A stretch of DNA of 64,000 bases. Source: Octopus sinensis (Eukaryota). Location of the stretch: assembly GCF_006345805.1 (NCBI RefSeq), contig NC_043001.1:126294001-126358000 (forward strand), in the 5' to 3' direction. A program made the translations under genes and the position numbers. The number at the start of each line of letters is the position of its first letter. The first letter of the stretch is position 1. This document shows positions 24,666 to 36,714 of the stretch, one piece after another. The notes under the pieces were generated by a model that was not told the DNA's origin, did not search any database, and saw nothing but the letters and a program-made list of their open reading frames with translations.

Positions 24666-25142
24666 TGTGAGCGAGACGTTCCTCCCACGCCGCTCACTCC
24701 TTATATTAGTATCTTTCTCCTGATTAACGTAATTTATCACTTTTTCTTAATCTTCCCTTCATTGCTTTCTCTTTCTTCTCTCTCCTGTTTTCCCACTACA
24801 GCGGGAAGGAGCCTGGCCGGCCGCTAACAATTTATGTCGGTCGCCGTGGAGACGTCAGGGGTTCTGGAACCCCGTACTACCGATTTCCTATGCAAAGTAG
24901 GGATAACGGCGGCCTGTCGGAGAAATGAGCTCCGCGAGGTGAAGTAGCTACGACAACCAATATCACTAGCCATTCTCTACGGCAACGTCATTGCGGTTGT
25001 TATCGAGGGGCGCGACTGAGCACCCTACTTGTTCTGGAATATGTGGCACATCGCCCATTCCCTCCATCTCCTGCTGCTTTACCTGAACCCCCTTTCACGT
25101 TTCTTTTGTACCTGTACGACTCTTTCAAATAAATACACCTCA
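24666..25142 (+). mobile_element. Possible solo LTR-like, CpG-rich insertion
   Basis: TG start, AATAAA shortly before a CA end, GC/CpG content above background; no TSD found. Confidence 0.3.
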
Positions 25143-25361
25143 AAGTTTATTATAGTAGGGTAGTTTGATAATTGTTTCTCTGTTGACGGTATAATGGTAA
25201 ATTTTAAATTTAAATTGTTCATTTACAATGCTACCTTTGATATATAAATTATATTCAGTGTGGATATAAAGATTCTTTGAAAGAATTAGAAAGATATCAA
25301 ATTTACTGTAGACCAAAGCCTTGAGTGGATTTGGTCGATGGAAACTGAAAGAAGCTCGTCA

Positions 25362-25403
<42 letters not shown>

Positions 25404-25480
25404 GCAAGCGTGGAAGGTGTTTTAAAAGCCATTTAAGAAACACACAAAGCCGTTCGATTCACTTCAACATCTAAGTTTAA

Positions 25481-25530
25481 TTTGTCAAAATATTTCGTCG
25501 CTATAAGACCGCGACCTGTTCACTGACAAA
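25481..25530 (-). ncRNA. Hammerhead-like motif with G3-C8 swapped core (left arm)
   Basis: TTTGTCA-GTGAACA-G-GTCGC(9)GCGAC-GAAATATTT^TGACAAA; perfect 7-bp stem I and 5-bp stem II. Confidence 0.45.
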
Positions 25531-25540
25531 AATGGATTTT

Positions 25541-25588
25541 TTTCAGTGAACAGGTCGCAGTCTATAGCGACGAAAATATTTTGACAAA
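25541..25588 (+). ncRNA. Hammerhead-like motif with G3-C8 swapped core (right arm)
   Basis: TTTCA-GTGAACA-G-GTCGC(8)GCGAC-GAAAA-TA-TTT^TGACAAA; palindromic stem III AATATT. Confidence 0.45.
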
Positions 25589-25722
25589 TTAAACTTAGAT
25601 GTTGAAGTGAATCGAACGGCTTTTTGTGTTTCTTAAATGGCTTACAAACACCTTCCACGCTGCAATTGTTTTCGTTCCAGCACACGATCTCAGATCAAAT
25701 CACTTCTATGCAGTACATCTCG

Positions 25723-25839
<117 letters not shown>

Positions 25840-25859
25840 ATCATATATATATATATATA

Positions 25860-25895
<36 letters not shown>

Positions 25896-26036
25896 TGTTT
25901 GTGTCGGTGTTTGTTCCCGTCACCACTTGACAACCGGTGCTGGTGTGTTTACGTTCCCGTAACCTGGCGGTTAGGCAAATATGACGTTAGAATAAATATT
26001 GGCTTCAAAGAATGGATAAGTCGATAAGAGCGTATA

Positions 26037-26196
26037 GACGCAGGAGTGCCTGTGTGGTAAGTAGCTTGCTTACCAACCACACGGTTCCGGGTTCAGTCCC
26101 ACTGCGTGGCACCTTCGGCAAGTATCTTCTACTATAGCCTCGGACCGACCAAATCCTTGTGAGTGGATTTGGTAGACGGAAACTGAAAGAAGCTTG

Positions 26197-26264
<68 letters not shown>

Positions 26265-26505
26265 TATATAGTGTGTGTGTGTGTTTGTGTGTCTGTGTTT
26301 GTCCCCCCAACATCGCTTGACAACCGATGCTGGTATGTTTATGTCGCCGTTTCTTAGCGGTTCGGCAAAAGAGACCCATAGAATAAGTACTAGGCTACAA
26401 AGAATAAGTCCTGGGGTCGATTTGCTCGACTAAAAAAGGCGGTGCTCCAGCATGGCCGCAGTCAAAATGACTGAAACAAGTAAAAGAGTAAAAGAGTAAA
26501 AAGAG
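26037..26505 (+). mobile_element. Full-length family B SINE with expanded internal (AT)n
   Basis: Head to (AAAAGAGT)n tail. Confidence 0.9.
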
Positions 26506-26976
26506 ACGGACGAAATGCCGCTAATCATTTATACCCGGCATGCTAACGATTATTTTCTACTCTAGGCGCAAGGCCCGAAATTTTTGGCGAGGGGCCAGTC
26601 GATTAGATCAACCAGTACGCAACTGGTACTTAATTCATCGATCCTTGAAAGGATGAAAGGCAAAGTCGATCTCGGCGAAATTTGAACTCAGAACGTAAAG
26701 ACAGACGAAATACCGCTAAGCATTTCGCCCAGCGTGCTAACGTTTCTGTTTCTTTATTACCCACAAGGGGCTAAACACAGAGGGGACAAACAAGAACAGA
26801 CATAGATATTAAGTCGATTACAGCGACCCCAATGCGTAACTGGTACTTAATTTATCGACCCCGAAAGGATGAAAGGCAAAGTCGACCTCACCGAAATTTG
26901 AACTCAGAACGTAAAGACAGACGAAATACCGCTAAGCATTTCGCCCAGCGTGCTAACGTTTCTGACAGCTCGCCAC
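26505..26976 (-). mobile_element. Tandem family A SINE copies
   Basis: Duplicated GAAATTTGAACTCAGAACGTAAAGACAGACGAAATACCGCTAAGC block. Confidence 0.85.
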
Positions 26977-27427
26977 CCTAAGTTACCTTTTAATATTGTT
27001 TTACTAAAATTCGGCCAGGTCGATTTTGCCTTTAATCTTTTCGGGGTCTATAAAATAAGTACCAGTTGAACATTGGGGTCTATGTAATCGACTTAGCACC
27101 TCCTCCAAAATTGCTGTCGTCGTTGCTGTTGTTGCCACCGTTGATATTGCTACGACTACTGCCACTGCTGTTGTTGTTTTTGCTGTTCTTACGTGCGTTA
27201 ACAAGTGGGTAGAATCCGATTGTTGTTGATATTCTTCTTCGCTGTATCGTCTTCTTCCTGTTCTATATATTGACACCTCTCTTCTTTTTCTTTCACCACC
27301 CCCACAACACACATACACACACACACACACATTTATATGCATGTGTATGCATAAATGTATGTATATGTGTGTGTATGTGTCTTGCTGGGCACGCATGTAA
27401 ATATATGAATATGAAATAAGCCCGCTG

Positions 27428-27534
<107 letters not shown>

Positions 27535-27636
27535 TGTGTGTGTGTGTGTGTGTATAAGGATGAAAGGAACACACGAGTTGATATATATGGAAAAACATGT
27601 CAAGATAGAAAATGCTAAAATAATTTTATAAAGAAC

Positions 27637-27680
27637 ATTTCAGTACCGGTTTCAGACGTTGAGACTTTTTCAACTGTAAC
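27637..27680 (-). ncRNA. Minimal type I hammerhead-like motif, U3-A8 core variant (second, independent)
   Basis: GTTACAG-TTGAAAA-AGTC(TCAAC)GTCT-GAAAC-CG-GTA^CTGAAAT; predicted cut between 27644 and 27643. Confidence 0.55.
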
Positions 27681-28102
27681 AATTAAATAATTAAATTTAG
27701 AAAAATTAAAAGAAAAGTTTTTTTAAATAATATTTCTATAGTGTTCAAATACAAGTGGTATTTTCCTTGTTTCTGCCTATCTCTGTTTCTCTTGTTTACT
27801 CTTGTGGGTTCGAGGTCCTTGTGAATCCTTGGTAGGAAAGAAGAAGAAGGAAGAAGAGGAGAAAACATAAGGACACATTACACTTGTGTCAGCCAACTGG
27901 AAACGGTGTTTCCTAGGGCTATATAGCAGTAGCATTCTTTCCTTTCGTGGGACTGCCACATTAAGTTGGCAACAACCCATCACTTTCTATATATATATAT
28001 GTGTGTGTGTGTGTGCATATACATATACATAATTAAGTATATGTATATCTGTCTATCTATCGATCTGTTTATCTATCTATCTGTATTGTACTCTTTGTGT
28101 GT

Positions 28103-28482
28103 GGAGACGCAATGGCCCAGTGGTTAGGGCAGCGGACTCGCGGTCGTAGGATCGCGGTTTTGATTCCCAGACCAGGTGTTGTGAGTGTTTATTGAACAAA
28201 AACACCTAAAGCTCTACGAGGCTCGAGCAGGGATGGTGGTGATCCCTGCTGTACTCTTTCACCACAACTTTCTCTCACTCTTACTTCCTGTTTCTGTTGT
28301 ACCTGTATTTCAAAGGGCCGGCCTTGTCACTCTCTGTGTCACGCTGAATGTCCCCGAGAACTACGTTAAGGGTACACGTGTCTCTGGAGTGCTCAGCCAC
28401 TTACACGTTAATTTCACGAGCAGGCTGTTCCGTTGATCGGATCAACCGGAACCCTCGTCGTCGGAACCGACGGAGTGCTTCC
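28103..28482 (+). mobile_element. Family C SINE, long form
   Basis: Same head and body as 8141, different 3' tail. Confidence 0.85.
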
Positions 28483-28566
28483 TAAAAACTCATTGTGTGT
28501 GTGTGTGCGCGCTCTACATATTTCATAAAGGCATCTCGTCTCCCTGCGAACTTATATCTCACACGG

Positions 28567-28666
28567 NNNNNNNNNNNNNNNNNNNNNNNNNNNNNNNNNN
28601 NNNNNNNNNNNNNNNNNNNNNNNNNNNNNNNNNNNNNNNNNNNNNNNNNNNNNNNNNNNNNNNNNN
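28567..28666. other. Assembly gap (100 N)
   Basis: Direct reading. Confidence 1.
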
Positions 28667-28800
28667 GCTTACGAACCACATGGTTCCGGGTTCAGTCCCA
28701 CTGCGTGACACCTTGTGCAAGTGTCTTCTACTATAGCCTCGGGCCGACCAAAGCCTTGTTGTGAGTGGATTTGGTAGGCGGAAACTGAAAGAAGCCCGTC
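28667..28800 (+). mobile_element. Family B SINE 5' half, cut by the gap
   Basis: Family motifs. Confidence 0.85.
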
Positions 28801-28843
28801 GTAATATAGGTATGTTATATATATTATATATATATATATATAG

Positions 28844-28889
<46 letters not shown>

Positions 28890-28893
<4 letters not shown>

Positions 28894-29725
28894 GAATAAA
28901 AATGGAGTTACGCAGGTGTAAACAAATATTTTACTTTCGATACATGTTTCGAAAATTCCACTGATACTATTCAAAAGAATAAATGGTATAAACAATGCAA
29001 TCTTCTCTTCGGGAAAGTGAAAAAACGAAACTCGTCAATAGACATTTAGCAAAAAATGATGGATTGTATAGCGATAGACAGAACGCTATTAATATTGGTT
29101 TAAAAAAACGTTATATAACGTCATAAGTAGCTAACAGAAAGAGTAGGGATATTAATAGTGATGTTAAATATAAAGGAATTAAAGTTTAAATTATATATAA
29201 TGATAGACTACTTATATGCACTAAATGTATGTTTTTGCCAATGCTTACATCTGTATGCTCGCTCTATAACCGTGTTTACTAGAGTATTTTTAGAAAAAAT
29301 AATGAAAAATAGCTCAGAATTGCAGAGAAGACAGAATTTCTTGCCTTTGTCATATGGTATCGAAATTGAGAGGATCAACCATTCTAAATGAAATTGTTCA
29401 TTGTGGTCTTTTAAATCCCAAATCAGTTTGCTGAGACCGGTACTATTCCCGAAGAGAAGATTGCATTGTTTATACCATTTATTCTTTTGAATAATATCAG
29501 TGGAATTTTCGAAACATGTGTCGAGAGTAAAAATATTTGTTTACACCTGCGTTAACTCCATTTTTTATTCATATTATTCAAATATTCAACGTAAACACGA
29601 AGTTTCTACCTTTATAAACAAGGAGTTACAACACCTGTACTTGTGAGATTTTGCTGCCCTGGTAACTATTTATTTATTTTTCCGTGTAATTTATTACAAG
29701 GTAAAAAACCACTCATCTATTTATA
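28890..29725 (-). mobile_element. Second copy of the 21-kb Penelope-like element with the internal segment in opposite orientation
   Basis: GIY-YIG segment on the minus strand (~29210-29450); inverted repeats 28890-29013 and 29446-29574; both hammerheads read CCGAAGA (U4C). Confidence 0.85.
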
Positions 29726-29774
29726 TATATATTATATATATATATATATAATATATATATATGTGCTGTATGTT

Positions 29775-29965
29775 TGTGTTTCTGTGTTTGTCACCCTAGC
29801 ATTGCTTGACAACCGATGCTGGTGTGTCTATGTCCCCGTCACTTAGTGGTTCGGCAAAAGAAATCGATAGAATAAGTACTTACAAAGAATAAGTCCCGCG
29901 GTCGAGTTGCTCGATTTAAGGCGGTGCTCCAGCATGGCCGCAGTCAAATGACTGAAACAAGAAAA
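29775..29965 (+). mobile_element. Family B SINE 3' half
   Basis: Family motifs. Confidence 0.8.
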
Positions 29966-29997
29966 ATATAGAAAGATTAAAAAGATTATTATTATTA

Positions 29998-30054
<57 letters not shown>

Positions 30055-30057
30055 CAA

Positions 30058-30555
30058 GGCGGCGAGCTGGCAGAATCGTTAGCACGCTGGACGAAATGCT
30101 TAGCGGTATTTCGCCCGTCGTTACGTTCTGATTTCAAATTCAGGCGAGGTCGACTTTGCCTTTCATCCCTTCGAAATTGCTGGTCTTGTGCTAATTCTTG
30201 AAACCATTATTATTAAGGCAGCGAGTAGGTAGAATCATTCGCACGCCAGACAAAATGCTTAGCGGTATTTCGCCCGTCGTTACGTTCTGATTTCAAATTC
30301 AGGCGAGGTCGACTTTGCCTTTCATCCCTTCGAAATTGCTGGTCTTGTGCTAATTCTTGAAACCATTATTATTAAGGCAGCGAGTAGGTAGAATCATTCG
30401 CACGCCAGACAAAATGCTTATAGGCATTTCTTCGGGTTCCTTACGTTCTGAGTTCAAATTCAGCCGAGGTCAAGTACTAGCGTCGATGTCTTTGATTAAG
30501 CTCCACCCCCGTAAAATATTACCGTCCTTGTACCAAAATTTGAAACAGCTATTAG
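30058..30555 (+). mobile_element. Head-to-tail family A SINE array containing an exact 159-bp tandem duplication
   Basis: Block starting at 30112 repeated at 30271. Confidence 0.85.
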
Positions 30556-30660
30556 ATACCCCCGGTCCAAGAAAATCTTTTCAGGCACTGAGGTGCCGTT
30601 AAAAAGGATTGCTCGAGATCCAAGCAGAGCTACGAAAGTTGAACCCGGAACCAAATGGTT

Positions 30661-31045
30661 CCACATGGTTCCGGGTTCAGTCCCACTGCGTGGCATCTTG
30701 GGCAAGTGTCTTCTGCTATAGCCTCGGGCCGACCAATGCCTTGTGAGTGGATTTGGTAGACTGAAACTGAAAGAAGCCTGTCGTATATATGTGTATATAT
30801 GTATATATGTATGTGTGTGTATATGTTTGTGTGTCTGTGTTTGTCCCCCTAGCATTGCTTGACAACCGATGCTGGTGTGTTTGCGTCCCCGTCACTTAGC
30901 GGTTCGCAAAAGAGACCGATAGAATAAGTACTGGTCTTACAAAGAATAAGTCCCGGGGTCGATTTGCTCGACTAAAGGTGGTGCTCCAGCGTGGCCGCAG
31001 TCAAATGACTGAAACAAGTGAAAGAGTAAAAGAGAGTAAAGAGTA
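30661..31045 (+). mobile_element. Family B SINE
   Basis: Family motifs and (AAAGAGT)n tail. Confidence 0.88.
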
Positions 31046-31759
31046 TACTCATGCAGCTTCCAAGCATTGATGGCTTCTGGAGTTATATCGAACAGCCATT
31101 CTTGCGTGTAGGATGAATTTGACTATCCGTTGAGTCTAACGTAGGATTGTCTCCCGCCCACCATTAACAAAGCAGGGTGGGCAGTGTTCCTTTGTCTCAT
31201 GGCTATGACGAAATATAGTGTGTGTGGACGAGATTGAAAGCACTGAGGACAGATTTGCACCACTTCGGTCAATCCCTCATCGCCCAGCAAAAAGTCAGAT
31301 GACTGTAGCGAAAAATGGTTAGGGAGAGTGCACCTACTCTGAACATGTGCCTGTAGATTGGAGAATAACAGTTGGACGAGGGCTCGTGACCTTGGTGGTC
31401 AGGGTGATCCTGGATCTGTGAAGTTCTTTGATTGGCCATAGTTGGAGGCTCTTTTGTAACAGAAACACTGTATGATAGATGTGTTCAAATATTTTGTATA
31501 TCATGTATACTTTTATCCCATTTCAACGTTCTTTACTTTCTTATCCCTTATCTTTTATGTAAAAGAGGATACAGTGCAGCGAGTGTCGGTGGCGAGATTG
31601 CCTTTGACAAATTCTTCAATGCGAAGCCCGACAGTTGCGTTTTCGGAGAAAAGACACTTGCTCTAAGACACGAAGGAACGAAAGCTATTCTATGATAGTG
31701 ACGTAACGTACCAACAAACCCACAATTCGGTCTTTGACAGATCAGGAGGAGCGTATGCT

Positions 31760-31920
31760 TGACAACTGATGCTGGTGTGTTTATGTCCCCGTAACTTAGC
31801 GGTTCGGTAAAAGAGACCGATAGAATAAGTACTTGGCTTACAAAGAATAATTTGCTCGATTAAAGGCGATGCACCAGTATGGCCGCAGTCAAATGACTGA
31901 AAGAAGTAAAAGAGTAAAAG
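31760..31920 (+). mobile_element. Family B SINE 3' half
   Basis: Family motifs. Confidence 0.8.
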
Positions 31921-32875
31921 AATATATATTACGCCATGATAGATCGTTAGCTCCTACACGCATTTTTTCTCTCCTTGTTTCTCTCCTTGTTTTTTTTCTG
32001 TGTATCTTTCTGTCTAAGAGCGTAGGCTCGAAACATAAAAGACTTTTTCTATTTCTATTCCTGATCGCTATACTAATACATTTGTTTGTTTGTACTCCAC
32101 CTGCCTTCGTCTTTTGTTTATTTTCGTATATACATATTATCTGGCTAGCAGGCAGAAATCAGTATCACCCTTCTTCGTTTAAAAGTTTCATAAACACTGT
32201 ACTCTGCTAAAAAGTATTGTGAAAATTTTTCAGTTTAATGTTAAATTGTTTTCATGTATAACTTGACATAAAGAACGAACATCAAAATTTTATTTATATG
32301 TGTGTGTGTGTGTGGGTGAATGGTTGTTTTAGGTGTGTGAATGTACACGATACGCTGTAACAAGTAAACTATTGTCCAACAAATGTTACATCGCCAAAGT
32401 TGTGCAACCGCTGACTCACAGCATCAACACCACCAGCATCATCATCAACACTAGCATCACCACCACTACCACCACCACCACAACCACCACCACCACCACC
32501 AGCAGCACCACAACCACCACCACCACCACCACCACCATGCCAACACCACATGATCAGTGGCTTCACTATTGCCAAAGCGGCCCAGTCCAAAAAAAAAACT
32601 AGATAAAGCTTGTCATCTTAGTTTAATAAAAGTAAAGAAATAAAACATTTAGCATGTAACAGGTTGATTCTATCATCATCGTTATTAATACTGTTGTTGT
32701 CATTTTTCTTGCGGCACCGTAGTACCTGACTCACACTACTAAGTAAAACAAAGCAGTAACATACTAGCCCTGGTCAATGGTGCGTGTCATGACTATCGTT
32801 CAAGAACTGACTCACTTATGCAAATGCCACTTAAAAGACAAATACATAATAAAAAGTTCAACAGTAATAATAATA

Positions 32876-33070
32876 ATCTTTTCTATTATAGACACAAGGC
32901 ACGAAATTTGGGGGGAGGCGGATAGTCGATTACATTGACCCCCAGTACTCAACTGGTACTTAATTTATCGACCCTGAAAGGATGAAAGTCAAAGTCGACC
33001 TCGACAAAATTTGAGCTCAGAACGTAGCGACGGCGAAATACCGTCCAGCGTGCTTAAAGTTTCTGCCACT
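32876..33070 (-). mobile_element. Family A SINE
   Basis: Family motifs. Confidence 0.75.
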
Positions 33071-33158
33071 CAAAACGCAAAATATCTGAAAATTTATGAC
33101 AAGGCATCTTGTCAGACACTCCAATAATTTTGGTACTCCATATATAATATATATATAT

Positions 33159-33374
33159 CTTTTTACTCTTTTTACTTGTTTCAGTCATTTGACTGCGGCC
33201 ATGCTGGAGCACCACCTTTAATCGTGCAACTCGACCCCGGAACTTATTCTTTTTGTAAGCCCAGTACTTATTCTATCAGTCTATTTTGCCGAACCGCTAG
33301 GTAACGGGGACATAAACACACCAACATCGGTTGTCAAGGCTAGAGGGACAAACACATACACACAAACACACACA

Positions 33375-33418
<44 letters not shown>

Positions 33419-33555
33419 TACGACGGGCTTCTTTTCAGTTTCCGTCTACCAAATCCACTCACAAGACACTTGCCCAAGGTGCCACGCAGTAGGACTGAAC
33501 CCGCAACCATGTGGTTGGTAAACAAGCTACTTACCACACAGCCACTCCTGCGCCT
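33159..33555 (-). mobile_element. Family B SINE, near full length
   Basis: Reverse complement of the 17188 element. Confidence 0.88.
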
Positions 33556-33599
33556 ATATATATATATATATATATTATTAATATTATTATTATTATTAT

Positions 33600-33635
<36 letters not shown>

Positions 33636-34074
33636 AGCGCGCGCGTAATATAGAATAGTCATCTATGTCTCGTACAGTGAACAATACATTCAGCTACAAG
33701 CTGCCAAAACAAACCAAGTTTATAACAGGTTTTTTTTTAATACTAATTAAATTGCGTGCACAGGATTTTTATTCAACCTGGCGACTATTCGCAATATCAG
33801 TGAATGCATTACTCACTGTTTCCTATATATCAGAGACAACAATTTTTTCTTTTAGGCATGTGGATGCTAGTGCATGCCATTAACTAGGTCTTAAAAGGCC
33901 AAAATGTATCTGAACTTTTCGCAAGCCGCGACGATTTTTTTTCTGTCCGATATGTATTGTGCATCTCTATAAGAGGTTTTCTGTCCGATATGTATTGTGC
34001 ATCTCTATAAGAGGTATGATACACAGATGGCTATTTTAATATCATACGGTTTCATTTGTACACACCAGATATAT

Positions 34075-34720
34075 ATAAGAAAACAACGAACGTATTAAAC
34101 TAGAAACCGGTGAACTAGGAGATGTAGCCGAGTTTACGTATTTAGGTAGTAAGATAACGTTTTCAGGCGGCACCGACGAAGATATTAAGACGAGAATAAG
34201 TAAGGCAAGGACCGCTTTTCACCTGTTAACAAAAAAGTATGGAGCGCAAGTGTAATTTCAATAAAGAACAAAATAAGAATTTTTAACACTAACGTAAAAG
34301 CTGAGACATGGCGAACAACAGTTAAGTCAAATAAGCAAATACAATCATTCATCAACAGATGCTTGCGTAGTATACTTAAAATTAGATGGCCCGAACACAT
34401 AAGCAGTATGGAGCTATGGCAAAGAACAAATCCAGTTTCGATTAGGGAGCAAATATTTAAGAAAAAGTGGAAGTGGATTGGTAGCACGATTAGAAAAGAC
34501 ACACCAAATGTAGCGAAAAGTGCTTTAAAGTGGAAACCGGTTGGATATAGAAGGAGAGGTAGGCCTAAGAGCTCGTGGCGGAGATCAACACAAAAGAAAC
34601 TAGAGAAAGGGGGACATTCATGGCAGAGTATTAGTACAGAAGCCAAACATTATGCGGCATGGAATTCAACTATAAGTGGCCTATACTCTGCGTTGGAGGG
34701 TTAAAGGCATAAAGAAGAAA
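34075..34720 (+). mobile_element. RTE-clade LINE 3' fragment, degraded
   Basis: EFTYLGSKI...DIKTRISKARTAF; RCLRSILKIRWPEHIS..ELWQRT; W.WIG..IRK; R.RGRPK.SWRRS. Confidence 0.92.
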
Positions 34721-34757
34721 GAAGAAAATATATATATATATATACACACTCACACAC

Positions 34758-35130
34758 ACGACGAGTTTCTTTCAGTTTCCGTCTACCACATCTACTCACA
34801 AGGCTTTGGTCGGCCCGAGGCTATAGTAGAAGACACTTACCCAAGGTGCCACACAATGGAACTGAACCCGGAACCATGTGGTTGGGGAGCAAGTTTCTTA
34901 CCACGCAACCACTCCTGCGACTGTATTCTTCTATCTTTTATTGGTTTCAATCATTTGACTTCGGCCATGCTGGAACACCGCCTTTAGTCGAACAAGTCGA
35001 CCCCAGGACTTATTCTTTGTAAGCCTAGTACTTATTCTATCATCCCTTTTGTCGAACCGCTAAATTACGGGGGCGTAAACACACCAGCATCGGCTGTCAA
35101 GCAATGTTGGGAGATAAACACAGACACACA
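34758..35130 (-). mobile_element. Family B SINE halves in permuted order
   Basis: 5' half at 34758-34920, 3' half at 34940-35130. Confidence 0.8.
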
Positions 35131-35189
35131 AACATATATACATATATATATATATATATATACATACATACACACGCACACACACATAC

Positions 35190-35647
35190 GTATGGTTTCA
35201 AATGTAGGAGCAAGGCCAGCAATTTTAAGGGAGGGATTAGTCGATTATCTCCACCCCAGTGCTCAGACGGTACTTATCTTGTCAGGGCGGCGAGCTGGCA
35301 GAAACGTTAGCACGCCGGGCGAAATGCGTAGCCGTATTTCGTTACGCTGTGAGTTCAAATTCCGCCGAGGTCGACTTTGCCTTTCATCCTTTCGGGGTCG
35401 ATAAATTAAGTACCAGTTACGCTCTGGGGTTGATGTAGTCGACTTAATACCTATGTCTGTCCTTGTTTGTCCCCTCTGTGTTTAGCCCCTTGTGGGTAGT
35501 AAAGAAATAGGTACTTGTTTTATCAACACCGAAAATTGGAAAAGCAAAGTCGACCCGCACGGAATTTGAACTCAGGACGTAAAAAGCCGGAAGAAATACT
35601 GGCTTAGCATTTTTGAGCAAAGCGCTAACAATTCTGCCAGCTTTCCG
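35190..35647. mobile_element. Family A SINE cluster, both orientations
   Basis: Full plus-strand copy at 35284-35510 flanked by minus-strand fragments. Confidence 0.82.
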
Positions 35648-36309
35648 CCTTCACACATACATACACGTACAAACATATACACGTTTGTGTGCAAATGAGG
35701 GAATGCGTGTGTATGAGTATGTGAGTGTGTGTCTGTCTGTCTGTCTGTCTGCCTGTGGCTCTGTTCATGTTTATTTTTACTGTCTATGCATATATGATAA
35801 GTAAGTATCTCGGATTTTTATCTAAACAATATAAATAGAGATAAAATGAATGAATAAAGACGATTCGAAACTGGAGGAGCTTAACCATTCATTATTACTG
35901 GACGAACTTCTTATTCGATTATACATGCGTGAGTGTATGTATAAATATGTTTGTGTGTACACATGCACGCACGCATACACACACACTCACACACACACAT
36001 ATGTAATATGACGTGCATGCTCACGCGCACATATTCATACATATACATATGTGTGTGTGTATATATATATGTATGTATGTATATATATATATATACATAA
36101 TAAATATTAGGGAATAAATCCAAACTTACAGGGGAAAATCAGATTTAGGATTGAATCCAATTTTATAGTAAAATATTATATTATATTAAATTAGAGATAA
36201 AACCACTATTAGGCAAATCAAACAATGAAAAACTTAAGCCAATACATATGATTAATTTATATTATTTAAATATATAACAAAATTATTTTAAAAAATATAA
36301 TTAATATCA

Positions 36310-36373
36310 CACTACGATCGTTTCATGCCTGCTAACATCTTCAAATTTTTGAGTCGCAGTCATTCATCAGGTG
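36310..36373 (-). ncRNA. Type I hammerhead ribozyme (CUGAUGA core, GUA triplet) in an AT-rich PLE-like segment
   Basis: CAC-CTGATGA-ATGACTGC...GCAGGCAT-GAAAC-GATC-GTA^GTG; palindromic stem III ACGATCGT; stem I only 3 bp. Confidence 0.7.
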
Positions 36374-36446
36374 GTTTAAATATTTTTCTTGGCGAGGTTT
36401 TGTCTCTAATTTAATATAATATATATATACATATATACATAGAGAG

Positions 36447-36537
<91 letters not shown>

Positions 36538-36675
36538 CAGACAGACATGTATGTATGTACGGATGGCTGGCTAGATGGATGATGGATGCATAGTTGGATG
36601 TTTATTTCAGTTGTACGCAATTGCATATTGATACATATTTCTGTCTGTCTGTCTGTCTCTCTGTCTCTCTCTCAC

Positions 36676-36714
<39 letters not shown>

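Larger units (their letters stand above)
25401..25666. mobile_element. Foldback element (~125 bp arms) carrying a hammerhead-like motif in each arm
   Basis: 25401-25526 is the reverse complement of 25543-25666. Confidence 0.85.

Noticed and set aside
28483-28764. ORFs spanning the N run
   Set aside because: Artefacts of the assembly gap
30058-30420. Regularly spaced repeats suggestive of a CRISPR array
   Set aside because: Eukaryotic SINE tandem copies with identical spacers and no cas genes
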